From Vicugna vicugna (taxonomy: Eukaryota), in the NCBI GenBank assembly GCA_013265495.1, contig MU058687.1, positions 4,152,093 through 4,216,092 of the forward strand: a DNA stretch of 64,000 nucleotides, in the 5' to 3' direction. Under the pieces are notes generated by a model. That model was not told the origin of the DNA. It did not search any database and saw only the letters and a list, made by a program, of their open reading frames with translations. Positions 51,807-64,000 of this stretch are shown here, one piece after another. The position numbers were made by a program, and so were the translations under genes. Within the stretch, counting starts at the first letter, position 1; every line of letters starts with the position of its first letter.

Positions 51807-52059
51807 AACACCCGAAACAAAGTGAAACCAAAAAATGTACAGGAAATATGTTTATCTTCAGATTTGCTTGCAGCTTAGAGAGAGAAGCAGACTTGGAAAC
51901 TAAAATTAAAGGCACATGAAAACAGCATTGTAGGCACTGCCTATAATGTAGGTGGGCACCAGGTAGAAAGGGGCCATGAAAGAGTGGTCAGTCTTACCTG
52001 GAAAGGGAGTGCCGGTGGCCGGGATAGGCTATGTAGAAAAGGTGATGCTTGAGGCCTTT

Positions 52060-53240
52060 TGTTCACCTACCATCCATTTTACTGAGCACCTGGTATGGGC
52101 CAGGCACTCCTCTAGAAAATAGCTACATAATACTAAACAAAGAATAAAAGTTACCTGGTTTCATGGAGTGTATATTCTAGAAGGAGAAGTCAGATAAACA
52201 CAACACACAAAAAAATTTGGTATTTTAAGTGATGGGATGAAAAGTAAATGAGCTGACCTGACAGAATATGCCTGGGGAAAGGGGCGGTTAGATAGGGTGA
52301 TTGGGGAATACTTCTCTGAGAAGCCGATTGTTAAGCTATTAGGGCCAGGGCAGGAATGAAAAGGGGCCAGCCATGCAAAAAAATCAAGGAGCAGGTAATT
52401 CCATGCTGAAGAACAGGTTGGCTGAGTGCCCGAATGCAAGAACACATTGCTGTGTTGTATTCAGTGAGACAAAAGGAGGTCAGCATTCTTGGCTGCAGTG
52501 AACAGGGGGATAACAGAAGATGAGCACTAGAAGTAGGTTGACCAGATGGCTTTAAGTTCAACTAGCATACTTTTGAGTAAAAGGTGGTGCTATTAATAAT
52601 TACACCAGGACAATGAAAGTAAAATGGAACTATCTGGGCCAGACCAAGACATACGATCACCCTATGGAGAAGAAACAAATCGTGTAGGACTTTGTGAGTC
52701 AGGCAAGGAGTACAAATGTACTCCAAGTGCATTAGGAAGGCATGGAAGGATATAGCAGAGGAAGGAAGTGATTCTTCTGGCTTCCAAGTAGAGAACAGAC
52801 GATTGAGAGCAAAGAATGAAAGTAGGGGGAGAAATTAGAAGCCTAGCTAGAAGACAAAGGATGGAGGCTTGAGCAAAGGGAATGCACATGGAAAAGGAGA
52901 TTCACTCAGTTTTGAAGGCAGGATCAGTGAGCCTTGCTTACTCTTAGTATCTAGGCCAGGATTTGCCAGTTGGTTTGGAAGTGTAGAAGATTCCACACAA
53001 AGGTAGGAGCAAGACCAGAGTCACAGGGGCAGGGCACATTCTACTAGTCAGTAGTGTATTCTATGCCGAAAGTGAAGGGGCACCGAGGGGATGGGCAGCT
53101 GGATGGGAGTTGTGACCAGGGGCCAGATCATCAAAGGCTTAGAACCCCGTGCTAAGTAGCAGATATTGTGATGTCACTGAAAGTATTTGACTGGAAAGTG
53201 ATGTGACTTGTTTTTAGAAAAATGACACTTAACTATGAGG
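52060..53240 (-). mobile_element. L2 LINE fragments (interrupted by MER94-like MITE)
   Basis: tttactgagcacctggtatgggccaggcactcctctag...ttcatggagtgtatattctag...aggggccagatcatcaaaggctt. Confidence 0.75.
52534..52664 (-). mobile_element. MER94-like hAT-Blackjack MITE
   Basis: TIRs taggttgacca / cgatcacccta; internal acttttgagtaaaaggtggtgctattaataattacaccaggacaa. Confidence 0.75.
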
Positions 53241-56200
53241 AAAATAAAAAGATAAAATTAAACCAAAAAACGCCCTGAAAACAGAGAAAGATACTTTCTG
53301 CTAGTTAGAGAAATAAACAAGAAACCAGAAACATTTCAAGGGGTGGTATAATAAGGAGAGGGAACTTTGATTTTTACTAGCAACTGTCCACCCATTCATC
53401 AGACCCACCCTCGATTGTCTAGTGGTTCACAATATAATTAAGTGTTGACTCAGGGGCGGCTGAAGAGTGTCACTGAGCCATAAAGAAGCTGCAAGAGGAA
53501 CACTTCAGGGACAAACTAATGTCATGGACCATGTAACTTCCCTCTTCTCCAGTGCTCTTCTTGGCCCACTCGTTTCTAAGGTTTAGCAGTGTCTCTCAGA
53601 CTGGTGAGCCTCACGTGCAGCTTTGGCAAGCTGAGCATGAGGACAGAGCCAGGTAACTTGTTCCCTGTAGACGTATAAACTCATGAGCTGTGGGCTGGTA
53701 ATGTAATTTACAATTCACTTTGCCAGCCCTGTAAAACAGCTGTTTCAGGGGAATGGGGCCCTGACAAGAAGGCGTGTTGATAGCTTAATTCTAGCTGTGT
53801 TCTCCACTGTTACTGCAGTAGCAGCCTGTCTGTGATGCGTCCTAGTCATCTGCCAGACAGCCACAACTTTTTTTAAAAGTTGGCAAGCTAAGTACAACAT
53901 CGGGCTTTGCTTAACATCCACCGCAGGATCCTCTTACTTTAGGCAGTGGTAGCCCTACATGCGCCTCTATCTTTTGGGACAAAGAAATTCAAACAAAATT
54001 GTTAAATTCCACAGCTGTGGCTTATGCCTTGAAACAATTGTCTGATGTCTTACTCACCTAGATAAAGTTCTTATGAAGTGATAATTAATAGAAGTCTTGA
54101 GAACAGGAGAATCTGAGATATGCCAGTTATGAGTATACAGTCAAATGATTGTCTTCCTACTGACTTTTTTCTCCCTAGCGTATTACAGTAGCTACTTGCC
54201 ATTTATGTCACTAGGCTATCAGGATTGCTTCTGTTCAGCCATTACCCCGGAGGCTAGAGCTAAAATTAAAGCTCCACAGGTGGGAGCTTTTTTGTTTTTG
54301 TTTTTGGGCCATTTCTAGATCTTTAGTCCAGAAAGGTGCCAGGAAACATCATAGGCACCAAAAAAACTGTGTGTTGAATAAATCAGCCCAACTGTTGGCA
54401 TGACACAGCTGCCCTAGTGATCTGGAAGTGGAGGCCACAAATGATACAGTCTCCCAAGAAGAACGTGTTCTCCTGAGTTGAGAGTTGACCAGGGGGTTGA
54501 TGAACTGAATTGTCAGTGTGAGAGATTGCACAGGATCCAACATGCATTCTAACAACATTCTTAGAGTTGCAAAACTATGTGGGATTCAATTCCAAGGGTA
54601 GTTTGTTAACCTGGGTGACTAAATTTTACTGTGCACGAATGTCGAGTTGTGAGGTTTCTCTCTTATTCTCTTTTTGCTCTCAGTTACATCCATTAGAAAA
54701 GATACCTTGTGAATATCCTATGTGACTTGGATACAGTGTCTGGCATTGTCACAGTTCTTTGGTATTTCCATTCCATATCTAACTCTGCTTAAGGAGTGTT
54801 AGAAGTAGCTTATGTACATATCACATGTGTTATACATAACACATATCTCATACATCCATATCATAAAGGAAGGTCTTTAATATCTCCATAAGAACAAAAA
54901 TGAGGCTTATAAATATTTCATCAGTTATGAAATAAAAGATTTGAATGCAGGCAAAATTTGAGTTTCTAACTCTAAATCTCTGTGCGATTCGGAGAATAAC
55001 CTCTATGCTCTTTTTTCCTGATAAAGTGACAAGAGACTGATTCTACCTTAATCAGAATTCTGGAAATTTCTTCATTGATTTGACTCTTCTAGGAAATTTA
55101 TATTCCTAGACAGTTTGATTTTGGTTCATGTTGAAATCATGGTCTGGTCTCTCCTCATAAAGAAGTATGTATATACCTGAGGTTTGTTGGGGTGCCACAT
55201 TACAGAACAGTTGACAGGTAGAAGAGATCTTCCCTTTTGCTGCCGTGCTTGTTTTTCCGGGTTGGCCTTAGACAGTACTGCAGCAGCCACATTCCATTGA
55301 ACACAGCCATGCACAGCACAGCTCTCTGAGCCTTCAACTCAGTCATTTGGGAATGAAAACACCAACAGCTGACCCAGGAGACAACAAGGACAGGCATGCA
55401 AGCTGAACGTTAACCGTTGTGCTGTATCTGCTCGACGCTATTGTCTAACAGTGTTCTAGGTGATGAGTGTGCATAGCCATTCACTACTGTTCCGTACCTG
55501 AAATCAGTCATCCTTGCTGATGGTTCAGAGGTAGAGCTTCTATACAAATTTTAGTAACCAGATATCATTAATGATAATTAAAGAGCATATGTATTTTCTG
55601 GAATCCTGATGAGAAGAATATGACAGAGTTGAGGCAGCAAGCTTTGGGCAAAAATGAAAGTCTGTAGAACAGTGTTGTCTGTCTTACAGGATGAATAGCG
55701 TAGCTGGATGTCAGCTTCAGTCACTGCACATAGTCCGCCTATGACTGTAATGGGCTGTGCTTAGTATCAAAGGTAAATGGTAAAAGCTCTGACTCGAGGG
55801 TTGCTGAGTGCAATCTCTATCGTGATTATGAAAGTAGACCATTTGTGTAGGGAACTTGAGAATAGAAGAAAGCAGAATGTCTACTTATTTCTCTGTTTAG
55901 CCAAAGTAGACCTTATAATGAAGAGGAAGACTGACAAAGCACATAATTACTCTTTCACAATTACACATCCACTTTACAGTTGGCTGTAACTCTTCCAAAT
56001 GTATTTTCTTACATGATTTTTGAAAATAATTCAAGATTTACATGAGGGAGAAGGAAAATCAGAGAACGTGTGTTATGTGGCTTTCCTAGGGCCACATGCC
56101 CATAAGAAGTGGAGCTGGGCGGGGAATATGGGCCTCCAGATAGCTACACTGTTTCTGCTGTCCAGTGCTGTGTCTAATATGGAAGTATCCACACGTGAAA

Positions 56201-56364
56201 GCAGTGGCCATGGGCCATCTCTAGACATCAGGGAAATTAAAACACACATGTGTGCACATTCACGTATAACATTCACATGCATATGTACACTATGTAACCT
56301 TCATCGAATACCCATTAATATCCGACATCTGGATGTTTTCACAGTCATGCTTGGGGTTCATCTT

Positions 56365-56882
56365 TGTGGTGGATACCTTTTCTTTGCAATCTTGAATTCA
56401 TTCCTCACTCTTCCCACATTTCTCCACTCAGCTCTGCACTATGTAATGTTACCCTGTAACATTAACAGGCTCTCTTGCCCTTGTCATTCTGGTTGAGTTT
56501 GCCCAGTGGGAAGCATGCAAGAAAGATGAAGAGTGATGCGAAAGGGGTCTGAATATTTAATTTCTTGCCTTTCTCCTTGTGAAACAGCTGCCAACTGGCT
56601 GTACCCCTTGACCTAAGGTCACAGTCTTGTGAGACACTCATAGCACTCGCTTGCTCGCTCTCTTCTTCAGGGTTCTGGCAACTGGCCTTCCCCTTGCTCC
56701 GTCAGGCCTAGGGGTAATAATAATAATAAACAGTCTGCTTTTAATGGCCATGAAACCGCATTGCCTCTGAAGGGTTCGCTATCTCCTACCTATACCTTTG
56801 TAACTATTACCTTTATTACTCCTTTATCAAATGGCATAGTTTGAGTGGGCCATCTCTTTCCTATTAGTATCCTGGCCTATTC
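56365..56882 (+). mobile_element. LTR33-type ERVL solo LTR
   Basis: ggctctcttgccctt...ttctggttgagtttgcccagtgggaagca...ttccccttgctccgtcaggcctaggggtaataa...tttgagtgggccatctctttcct. Confidence 0.75.
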
Positions 56883-57430
56883 AATATTATTACACATGTT
56901 ATAGACGGGGAAACCGAAGCCCAAGTTTAAATAACTCGCAAATCTAGGATTCTACCCACATTTTTAACTCTAAGCTTATGCATGCACAGCGACAGCACAC
57001 TGAGCAGTGCTTCTGAATAGGAAGGCTGACCCCCATGTGTAATTACAGCTCTGCACTCTAGAGCTTTCTTGCATTGACTCAAAGAGTCAGATCAATTCTA
57101 AGAAACATACCACTGTCATTTATAAATACTGTGTTTTGATATTTCTTTATTTGTTTGCAAAATAGAGCAACGATAATAGTGTCTAGGGGAAAATTGAGTA
57201 AGATTACATCTTGTCTCTTACCATGCCATTCTGTCTTCCCGCCACCACCAGGGTTAGCCTAAAAAGCAAGTTGTATTATGTCACTTCCTGGCTAAAAACC
57301 CTCTGTATTGACTAATATCCAAACTTCCTAATTGTGTTTATTAGCTCTTTTATAACAGACCCTCTCTGTATCCTTCCAGTTTTAATTTTATCACTCTAGT
57401 CCATATACTCCAGCCCACACGGAATCGCCA

Positions 57431-57641
57431 TAGTGGTTCTCAGCTAGGAGTGATTTTTCCCCTTAGAGGCATTTGGCAATGTCTAGAGAGAGTTTCAGTT
57501 GTGATGACTGAAGGGAATGCTACTGGCGCCTAGTGGGTGGAGGCCAGAGGTACAGCTAGACACCCTACAGTGCCCAGGCCAGCTCCCACAACAGAGTTAC
57601 CTGGTTCAAAATGTCAGTATTGTCACTGTTGAGAAATCCTA
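57431..57641 (+). mobile_element. MER20 hAT-Charlie MITE, full length
   Basis: tagtggttctcagc...catttggcaatgtctagag...tgctactggcgcctagtgggtggaggccag...aaaatgtcagtattg...gttgagaaatccta. Confidence 0.9.
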
Positions 57642-57749
57642 TTCTACTTTAGGCACATTGAACTTCTGAACTTCGAATTTACTGCATTATAATTACCATT
57701 TATCAGATGCTGTGCCAAGCATTGGGCTTAATATATGATTTCACGCCAT

Positions 57750-58080
57750 ATCCTTGCCAGCTTTGTGCCTGTATCTCTGTTCGCTCAGCTGGAATGACTT
57801 TCCACTCCTCCGTTTGCAGGCTTACACTTTTTCATCCTTGAAACACAAGTGATATACCCTGCCCTCTCCAATGACTCTAGGCAAAGATATAGACACCAGA
57901 GCTAAATTCCCACAACACTTTGTTCATTCTTCAGTATGGCAGCTTACCCATTTGTGTCTGTAACTGCAACTTGCTATGAGATCGTTAAAGACAGCGACCA
58001 TGCTGTTTGTGCTCCTGCCGCCCCCATTTCCACACAGTGTCTGGCACATGTTAGATATTGATCATTGAGTGAATGAGCAA
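57750..58080 (+). mobile_element. L2 3' portion
   Basis: cacagtgtctggcacatgttagatattgatcattgagtgaatga. Confidence 0.65.
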
Positions 58081-59899
58081 ATATTATTGCAGGCAGTGGA
58101 TGTATTTCTTTTGAATAATTGTGTTATGCTTAATTTTTACAAATTAAGTCACATTTTGAATTTAGTAGGAAATTTAAGAGAAAGCCCCATGAGTTCTTTG
58201 CTCAAATGAACATTTTCTTGAAATTATACATCTTATAAACAGGTTTCTGTGCCCCTGTTTCTTTTTTTTTCTTTTTTTTTTGAATACTAAAATATGCAAA
58301 TATACATACCTGCTTTTCTTAAAGTGAGAAATATTGGTTAAAATTTTTGTCATGGCTTCAGAGTGCTTTAATTGTTTGGGATGGGAAGCCAACAGGACTG
58401 TATGTAATGGCAGCTTGATGCTGAGAGTGTGAAAAGTTACTTCATCTCAGTCTTGTCCACTAGAGGGAGGACATTACCTCATATCAATTTTGATTCCCTG
58501 GAACTATTGGCTACTGTTTGGTCTGCTCAGAGCGAGAGATTTATGTTGCTCCTGCTGCTGCAAAATACAGAATTAGAATCTGGCAGGCACTCCTGCATAG
58601 ATTTGCACACTGTTTAAGATCAGCCCAGTTTAGGTAGAGAGGAAGCAGGCTGTGTATTTTGGAAGCTTTGTTAGAATAAAACACACTTAGGGAGTGCGTG
58701 AGGTCACTAGCTGCCTGAGTGAGCAGGAGGATGTCCTGAAGGAACAAAAAGAGAAGAGGGTGAGGGCGTGATTATCAGGACCTTGCTTACGGGATTGGCC
58801 ATGAGAGTATCTTCTCTCTCTAGGAGGTGACTTAGGGGCTGATGGGTAGTGCTAGGAAGTCTGCTTGGTATGCTAAGTGCAGAGTGAGACCTGGGAAGCC
58901 CACTATGTGAAAGCACGTTGCTAAATACTCATAGTACTGTATCAATGTCAGCGGACCCCCCTGCATTTATTAGCAATATCTCATCGATTGTGTGGTCCAG
59001 TACTTTTGTTCTACCTCTTCCCTATTACTGCCTATCAATCTGGCTTTCTCCTTTAAGGCTATAGGAGATGTAAATGGTGTCACTTCCTAGTATGTGTAGG
59101 CGAGAAGAACTTCCTACAGTTCATTTTCCCTGTAGGTTTCACTTTTCTTCTTGATTAGGGTCTCATCACATCTAAAATAACATATGCTTATAATAGGATT
59201 AAAGAACTCTCAGTTTTGATTATTTCCTGTATGTTTCTTTGGTGTTAAATGTGATAATTTGATTATGGAAAGCAGTAGGAAGATGGTGGGGAAAAGTTGC
59301 CTGCCAGAAACTCTCTCTTTCAAATTAAAGAGAAAAGAGTATGCCAGCCAAATAATCATTAGCCCCAAGTAAGGAAACGGGCACAAGTCAGTGTCATAAA
59401 CCTCAAAAAAATGGAAGCAAGATAAATGATTCTGAAGCCAAGTCAGGAGGAATGGTCAAACGTGATGAGGCTGCCAATCCTGCCTGTGTTCTTCAGGTAT
59501 TGTACTGTCTGTTTGGTAAAATATATTGAGAATTATCTCTAGTACTTTTATAGAGGGAAAGAAATAGACTGAGTAGATGTTCTTATCTGGTTCTGCCTTT
59601 GAGTGAAGGATAATGGAAACAGCTATAGGAGGCAAATATGTGTAACAGAACTAGAGAAAAGCACTGAAGATCAAAAAAAAAAAGCTACCAGGACTAAAGG
59701 GATCAGAAATCCTAAGGTATCCACCCCCCTTCATCATGGCCTTGGAATGCACTCTTGAACCAGGTGTGGTGTCTTCTGATACAGGACATTTAACCAAGCT
59801 TCAGGAATTACAACACAGTCCTGACAGCTAAATGAAGGTTACATACAGTCTCAGCTGGGCTCTTCATCTCTCCCCTCCATTTCATTTGACATTACCATC

Positions 59900-61060
59900 T
59901 CTCAACCTATAGGGAAAAAAATACATAGAACTAAAAAATATGAATCCATTAAAATGTAGATGAGTATGGGAGCCAGTAAGTCACTGAAAGTATACCTGAA
60001 CAACTAAGAACTTTGGACAAAGCCACCTGAGTATGAGCAAGAAAGACGATGACATGACAATGCAAATACAAGAAAGCAGGCAAATAAAAAATTTTAAAAT
60101 AGATATAGCTTAGAAAACTTAAAGAATTTGATCTCGAAGAAAATAAACTCAAGGACAGAAAAATTTCCTGTGATCTGTATGTTCTGTAGCTCATTTGTAC
60201 TATAGAGTATTTTAAGAACATTTAATTAATAGTGTAAGAATTTAAAGAAAGTAAAAACAAATAAGTGAATGGAAAAAGGGAGATTGCACATGGAATATTT
60301 GAGAGGCAATATGTGATCACATCACTTATCTGAAATAATTAGTAACAACAGAAGGGCAAAGAATACATAAGTAAATATTGATGTACTGACAGAGGGAAAA
60401 TATTGCAGATCATCACTGTGAATGCTGATGAAAAGTCAAAGAGATTAAACTCATTATAAAGAAACCAAGATATGGAGGACAGGCAGAATAATGGGACCTC
60501 AGAAATAGAAAAAACTGAGTACTTTAACAGAGATTACCTAAAGATATCAAACCAGAAGTTTGTTATTAATAGGAAGAACTGACTTTAAAGTTCAAAATAG
60601 CATGATGAGTTCCAAGAAAATGTGATATAGTATATTCAACACTGAGATGTGTATTGATTATATCATTGGACTACAAGGAATAAAATAATATTCTTCAAGG
60701 ATTTATACAAAGTTTACATCATTTACCACCTACAAGAGAAAATGTTGGTATTATACAATCTCAAAGTACAATAAAGCAAAGTGTGTGCAATTCTACATGA
60801 AATAAAGTGTGACTCAAGAATGACATGCAGCCATGATGTGTTCCAAATGTCAAGAGCACAGACATTCACAAACACTAACAAATTTTGGTAATCTAACATT
60901 AGTTCTTTTTAAAAAGGTGTTAACATAAAATCCAAGCACTTAAAAGATGGAATTACTCAGAAATGGATAAAGTGTGATAAAAGGCATGATGAGAATAGTA
61001 ACAACATTTCAGTATGTGCAACAAACACATGATGATCATACACATTATGAATACAGAGCA
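59900..61060 (+). mobile_element. Degraded HAL1 / L1 ORF1-like element
   Basis: aagatatggaggacagg...tcaacactgagatgtgtatt...cacctacaag...aaagtgtgactcaagaat...cagacattcacaaacac resembles HAL1 ORF1; A-rich, no ORF. Confidence 0.6.
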
Positions 61061-61067
61061 AAGAATA

Positions 61068-61410
61068 CAGTCGACTTTCCATATTTTTAGGTTCAACATC
61101 CACGGATTCAACCAACCTCATATCAAAAATATTTTAAAAATTCTGGTAAGTTATAAAAAGCAAAACTTTGAATTTGTCACACTGGCAACTGTTTACATAG
61201 TGTTTACATTGTATTTAGCACTGTTTACATAACATTTACATTGTATTAGATGTTATAAGTATCTAGAGATGATTTAAAATATATGGAAGGATATTTGTAG
61301 GTTATATGCAAATACTACACCATTTGGATGCTTAAGGGGCTTGAGCATTCAAAGACTTTGGTGTATGCAGGAGGTCCTAGAAACAATCTCCCATAGATAC
61401 TGAGAAACTG
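61068..61410. mobile_element. MER2B/Tigger2-derived MITE, full length, TA TSD
   Basis: ta|cagtcgactttccata...catccacggattcaaccaacc...atctagagatgatttaaa...taggttatatgcaaatactacacc...gatactgagaaactg|ta. Confidence 0.9.
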
Positions 61411-61414
61411 TATC

Positions 61415-61992
61415 TGAATATCCGAGGTCCCCAGAACCACCCTCAATTTGGATAATTCTCTAGAAAGACTCACAGGACTCAGAAGCTATCGTGTTCATGA
61501 CTGTGATTTATTACAGCAAAAGTTACAGAGTAAAAGCAGCAAAGGGAAAAGGCACATGGGGCAAAGTCTAGAGGAAACCCAGCTCAAGCTTTTAAGAGTA
61601 CTTTTCCAGTTGAGTTGAACAGAATGTACTTAATTTCTCCAGGACTGATGTGTGACAACATCCGTGTCGTGTTACAAATCAGGGAACCTCACCTGAATCT
61701 GGAGTCCAGGGGTTTTATTAGGGGTCAGTCACACAGGCATACACTGCTTCTGGACTGATTTTAGTAACTGATGCTCTAGAACCCTAGAGTGAAAGTGGTG
61801 TGCGTCATAAAATGCGTTGATTGTATGAGCTCGTTAGACCAACTAGTGTGGCTCAAGATCTTAGGTGTCCAAAACACTCCCATCAGTCAGAATATGCCAA
61901 GAGTTCACTTCCCAGGAGCTGCTGAAGGGCTAGTCTTGAAAATAGCTCCTTGTTGGAAATGGGCAGGGTCTGAGTTAAACCTTTATTGCACA
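61415..61992 (-). mobile_element. MER21/MER77-group solo LTR
   Basis: tagaaagactcacaggactcagaagc...gatttattacagc...cagcaaagggaaaaggcacatggggcaaagtc...ggttttattaggggtcagtcac...tgagttaaacctttattgcaca. Confidence 0.8.
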
Positions 61993-63074
61993 ACGTGTAA
62001 TAAATGTAACAACAGAAATTAAGAGATGAGGGAGGAAAATGGGGGAGAATAGTGTCCTCACTTTTCACAGGAGGAAGACAGTCTTTACTGGCTAAATTTG
62101 AAGGATTAAGTTCAAAGTGATAATGTCAGCCTTTTTCATATTTTTAATAATATCCTTCTAAAATTTCAGTGACTTCTCAAGAAATATACTTACTAAAAAT
62201 TAATTTGAAATTTGAAATTTTTGTTAACTTCCTGTATAACTAAAAGTAATTCTAATTAAAATAATATATATAGAGAATTTTTCCATCTTTTGAAGTGCTT
62301 CTATTTATTTATCCTTCTATCTGTGTATCTGCTTATTAAAAAAAATCTGGGAATATGCTTCCCTAATGTTAATGATGGTTATTTCTTGGTGGTGTGACTA
62401 GGAATGTTTCAGAATTTTTTTTCTTAATATTTGTCTACATCTCTCAGACTTCTAATATTAAATACCATTTGTTTAAAAATAAAACCATTAGAGTGATTTT
62501 TCTTTTTAAAAAATGGTAAGAATGAAAGATAGGAAATTATGACTGAGACTAATTTAACATATGCAGGAAATAGGGAGTCTCATTCTGTAAGTAGTTCAAG
62601 TATTGTGTAGCTTTTGAAAATACACACAAATAAAGTAAATACCATAGTTTTTCTTTTTCCCTGGGTTGTTTCTGTAACCCAAGATTTTCACAGAAAACTT
62701 TTTCCATACTAACGCCTATCACATTACTCAGTATTCCAGTGAAACCCCCTTTCTTTATTTGGAGGGGCCTCTGCAGCCAATGGGGGTGTAGCTTTCCCCC
62801 TTCCTGGCCAGAAGACGAGAGTATAGAAAGAAGCCATTGATCATTGAGGCTGATGAACTATCAGGCAATAGGTAAACAGTCAGACAATAAGAAAAAAAAA
62901 TCAGTGCTAAAATGTGTTTTTAAATGTCACAATGATTAAATAATATTAATTATTTATACCCCTCTAGAAACAGAAATAGGCCTTCTATGACAAATACAAA
63001 TATACATTACTTGAGGCTAAGAAACATTTTACGGAGAAAATATGTAAGACATTTGTAATAATCAAAATAGGGAA

Positions 63075-64000
63075 CTCTAGAATGGCTGGGCGAGGACCTT
63101 AGCAGACCTCCCCAGTGGAACAACCATTTAACTGGAGAAAATTATTAAAACACACACACACACACACACAAACAACCATTTAAAATCTCTAAAAAATGTT
63201 CTAAGGACACACAACAAATGGAGAAACATTTGTTTAACAGATCTGCTCTTAACAGTATCTCTTAAAACATTATTTAAGAGATCTACCAAATCTCATTAAG
63301 AAAATTGAGAGCTATGACAGTTAAACCACAACCTGCTCCCTTCTCCTACCCTATCCCTGCTCCTTGTTCTGGAAGCTTTATTTCAGGTGGCTGTGGCCAA
63401 GAAGACAGATCTCCTTCTCCTGCCAGTTACCCTAGGACTACAGTTTGATCTTGAAAGGTCAGGCCCTGGTGCCTCTCAGCTCTCCCCAGTTCCATGTTGT
63501 AGAAGCAGTACTCCTGGTAGGCACAGCCAAGAAAAGGGCCCCCTTCTCCTACTCAGTCTCCCGTCATGGGGCAGAAGCTCTGTCCTAAGTATGGTGTGTC
63601 AAGAATATAGGGCCTCCAACTGTCCCTGCTCCAGAGTACTCATATGTTTCATATTAGGAAGAGCACACTGAGAAGACCAGAAACTATCATCTTCCTCCAG
63701 TGGCCACTCATAGAATAGGAGTGTCACTCAGGGATAAGTGGGCCATGTTTCTGCACCCAGTGGGTTACAGGGGCACAGAGGTTCTGCTCAGGGGTAGATG
63801 CAGGCTGTAAGGATGAAGAGCTCTGCTTGAGGTGACTGATTAGTTAGCACAGGGCTTAGAGAAGTTCATGGGTAAAGGAGTTTTGAAAATAATGGTGATC
63901 TTGGTTACTAGGAATTCTGAAGGGAGAGGTAGATCTGTGATGCTAGAAGGAATGAGTAAAATGGGAGATCAGCCAGAAGTTTAACAAAGAGGATCAGGGA
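63075..64000 (+). mobile_element. Old L1M 5' end (L1MD/L1M4-like 5'UTR), runs off the window; contains (CA)n at ~63149-63170
   Basis: aacaaccatttaactggagaaaattatt...aacaaccatttaaaatctct...ctaaggacacacaacaaatggagaaacattt...gtggctgtggccaagaag. Confidence 0.65.

Noticed and set aside
55690..55772. Plus-strand exon-like tgtcttacag|G...AAG|gtaaat
   Set aside because: Isolated, opposite to the inferred host orientation, no recognisable peptide.
61186..61250. ~31-bp internal tandem duplication in the MER2B-like element
   Set aside because: Probably a feature of the element subfamily consensus rather than locus-specific; needs a Dfam check.
5108..63671. Remaining 60-158 aa ORFs in the six-frame track (e.g. 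14485-14886, 29430-29882, 56020-56496)
   Set aside because: No recognisable domains; many start at GTG/TTG or overlap repeats; number and length look like chance expectation for mammalian non-coding DNA.
1..64000. CRISPR arrays, operons, prokaryotic or phage systems, rRNA
   Set aside because: No regularly spaced repeat-spacer arrays or dense coding; the sequence is clearly mammalian, repeat-rich genomic DNA.

Overview
Mammalian nuclear DNA, most likely camelid (camel, alpaca or llama). The evidence is three copies of a short tRNA-derived SINE matching camelid vic-1 plus Cetartiodactyla-type L1 3' ends. The window is AT-rich, CpG-poor, intron/intergenic-like sequence dense in old eutherian repeats: MIR, L2, L3/CR1, old L1M/HAL1, MaLR/ERV LTRs, and hAT and TcMar MITEs. 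I find no recognisable protein-coding gene; the only ORFs with a recognisable product are L1 ORF2 C-terminal remnants at 2150-3365. The most structured object is a TSD-bounded composite L1 insertion (2006-3970): two head-to-tail L1 3' ends plus a ~50 bp putative 3' transduction. All clearly resolved L1/HAL1 pieces lie on the + strand, consistent with an intron of a minus-strand gene. Several minus-strand exon-like segments exist (best: 36509-36708), but I cannot name a host gene. Repeat family names come from recognition by eye, not a search, and most boundaries are approximate (about +/-20-50 bp). I do not see evidence for a novel biological system.
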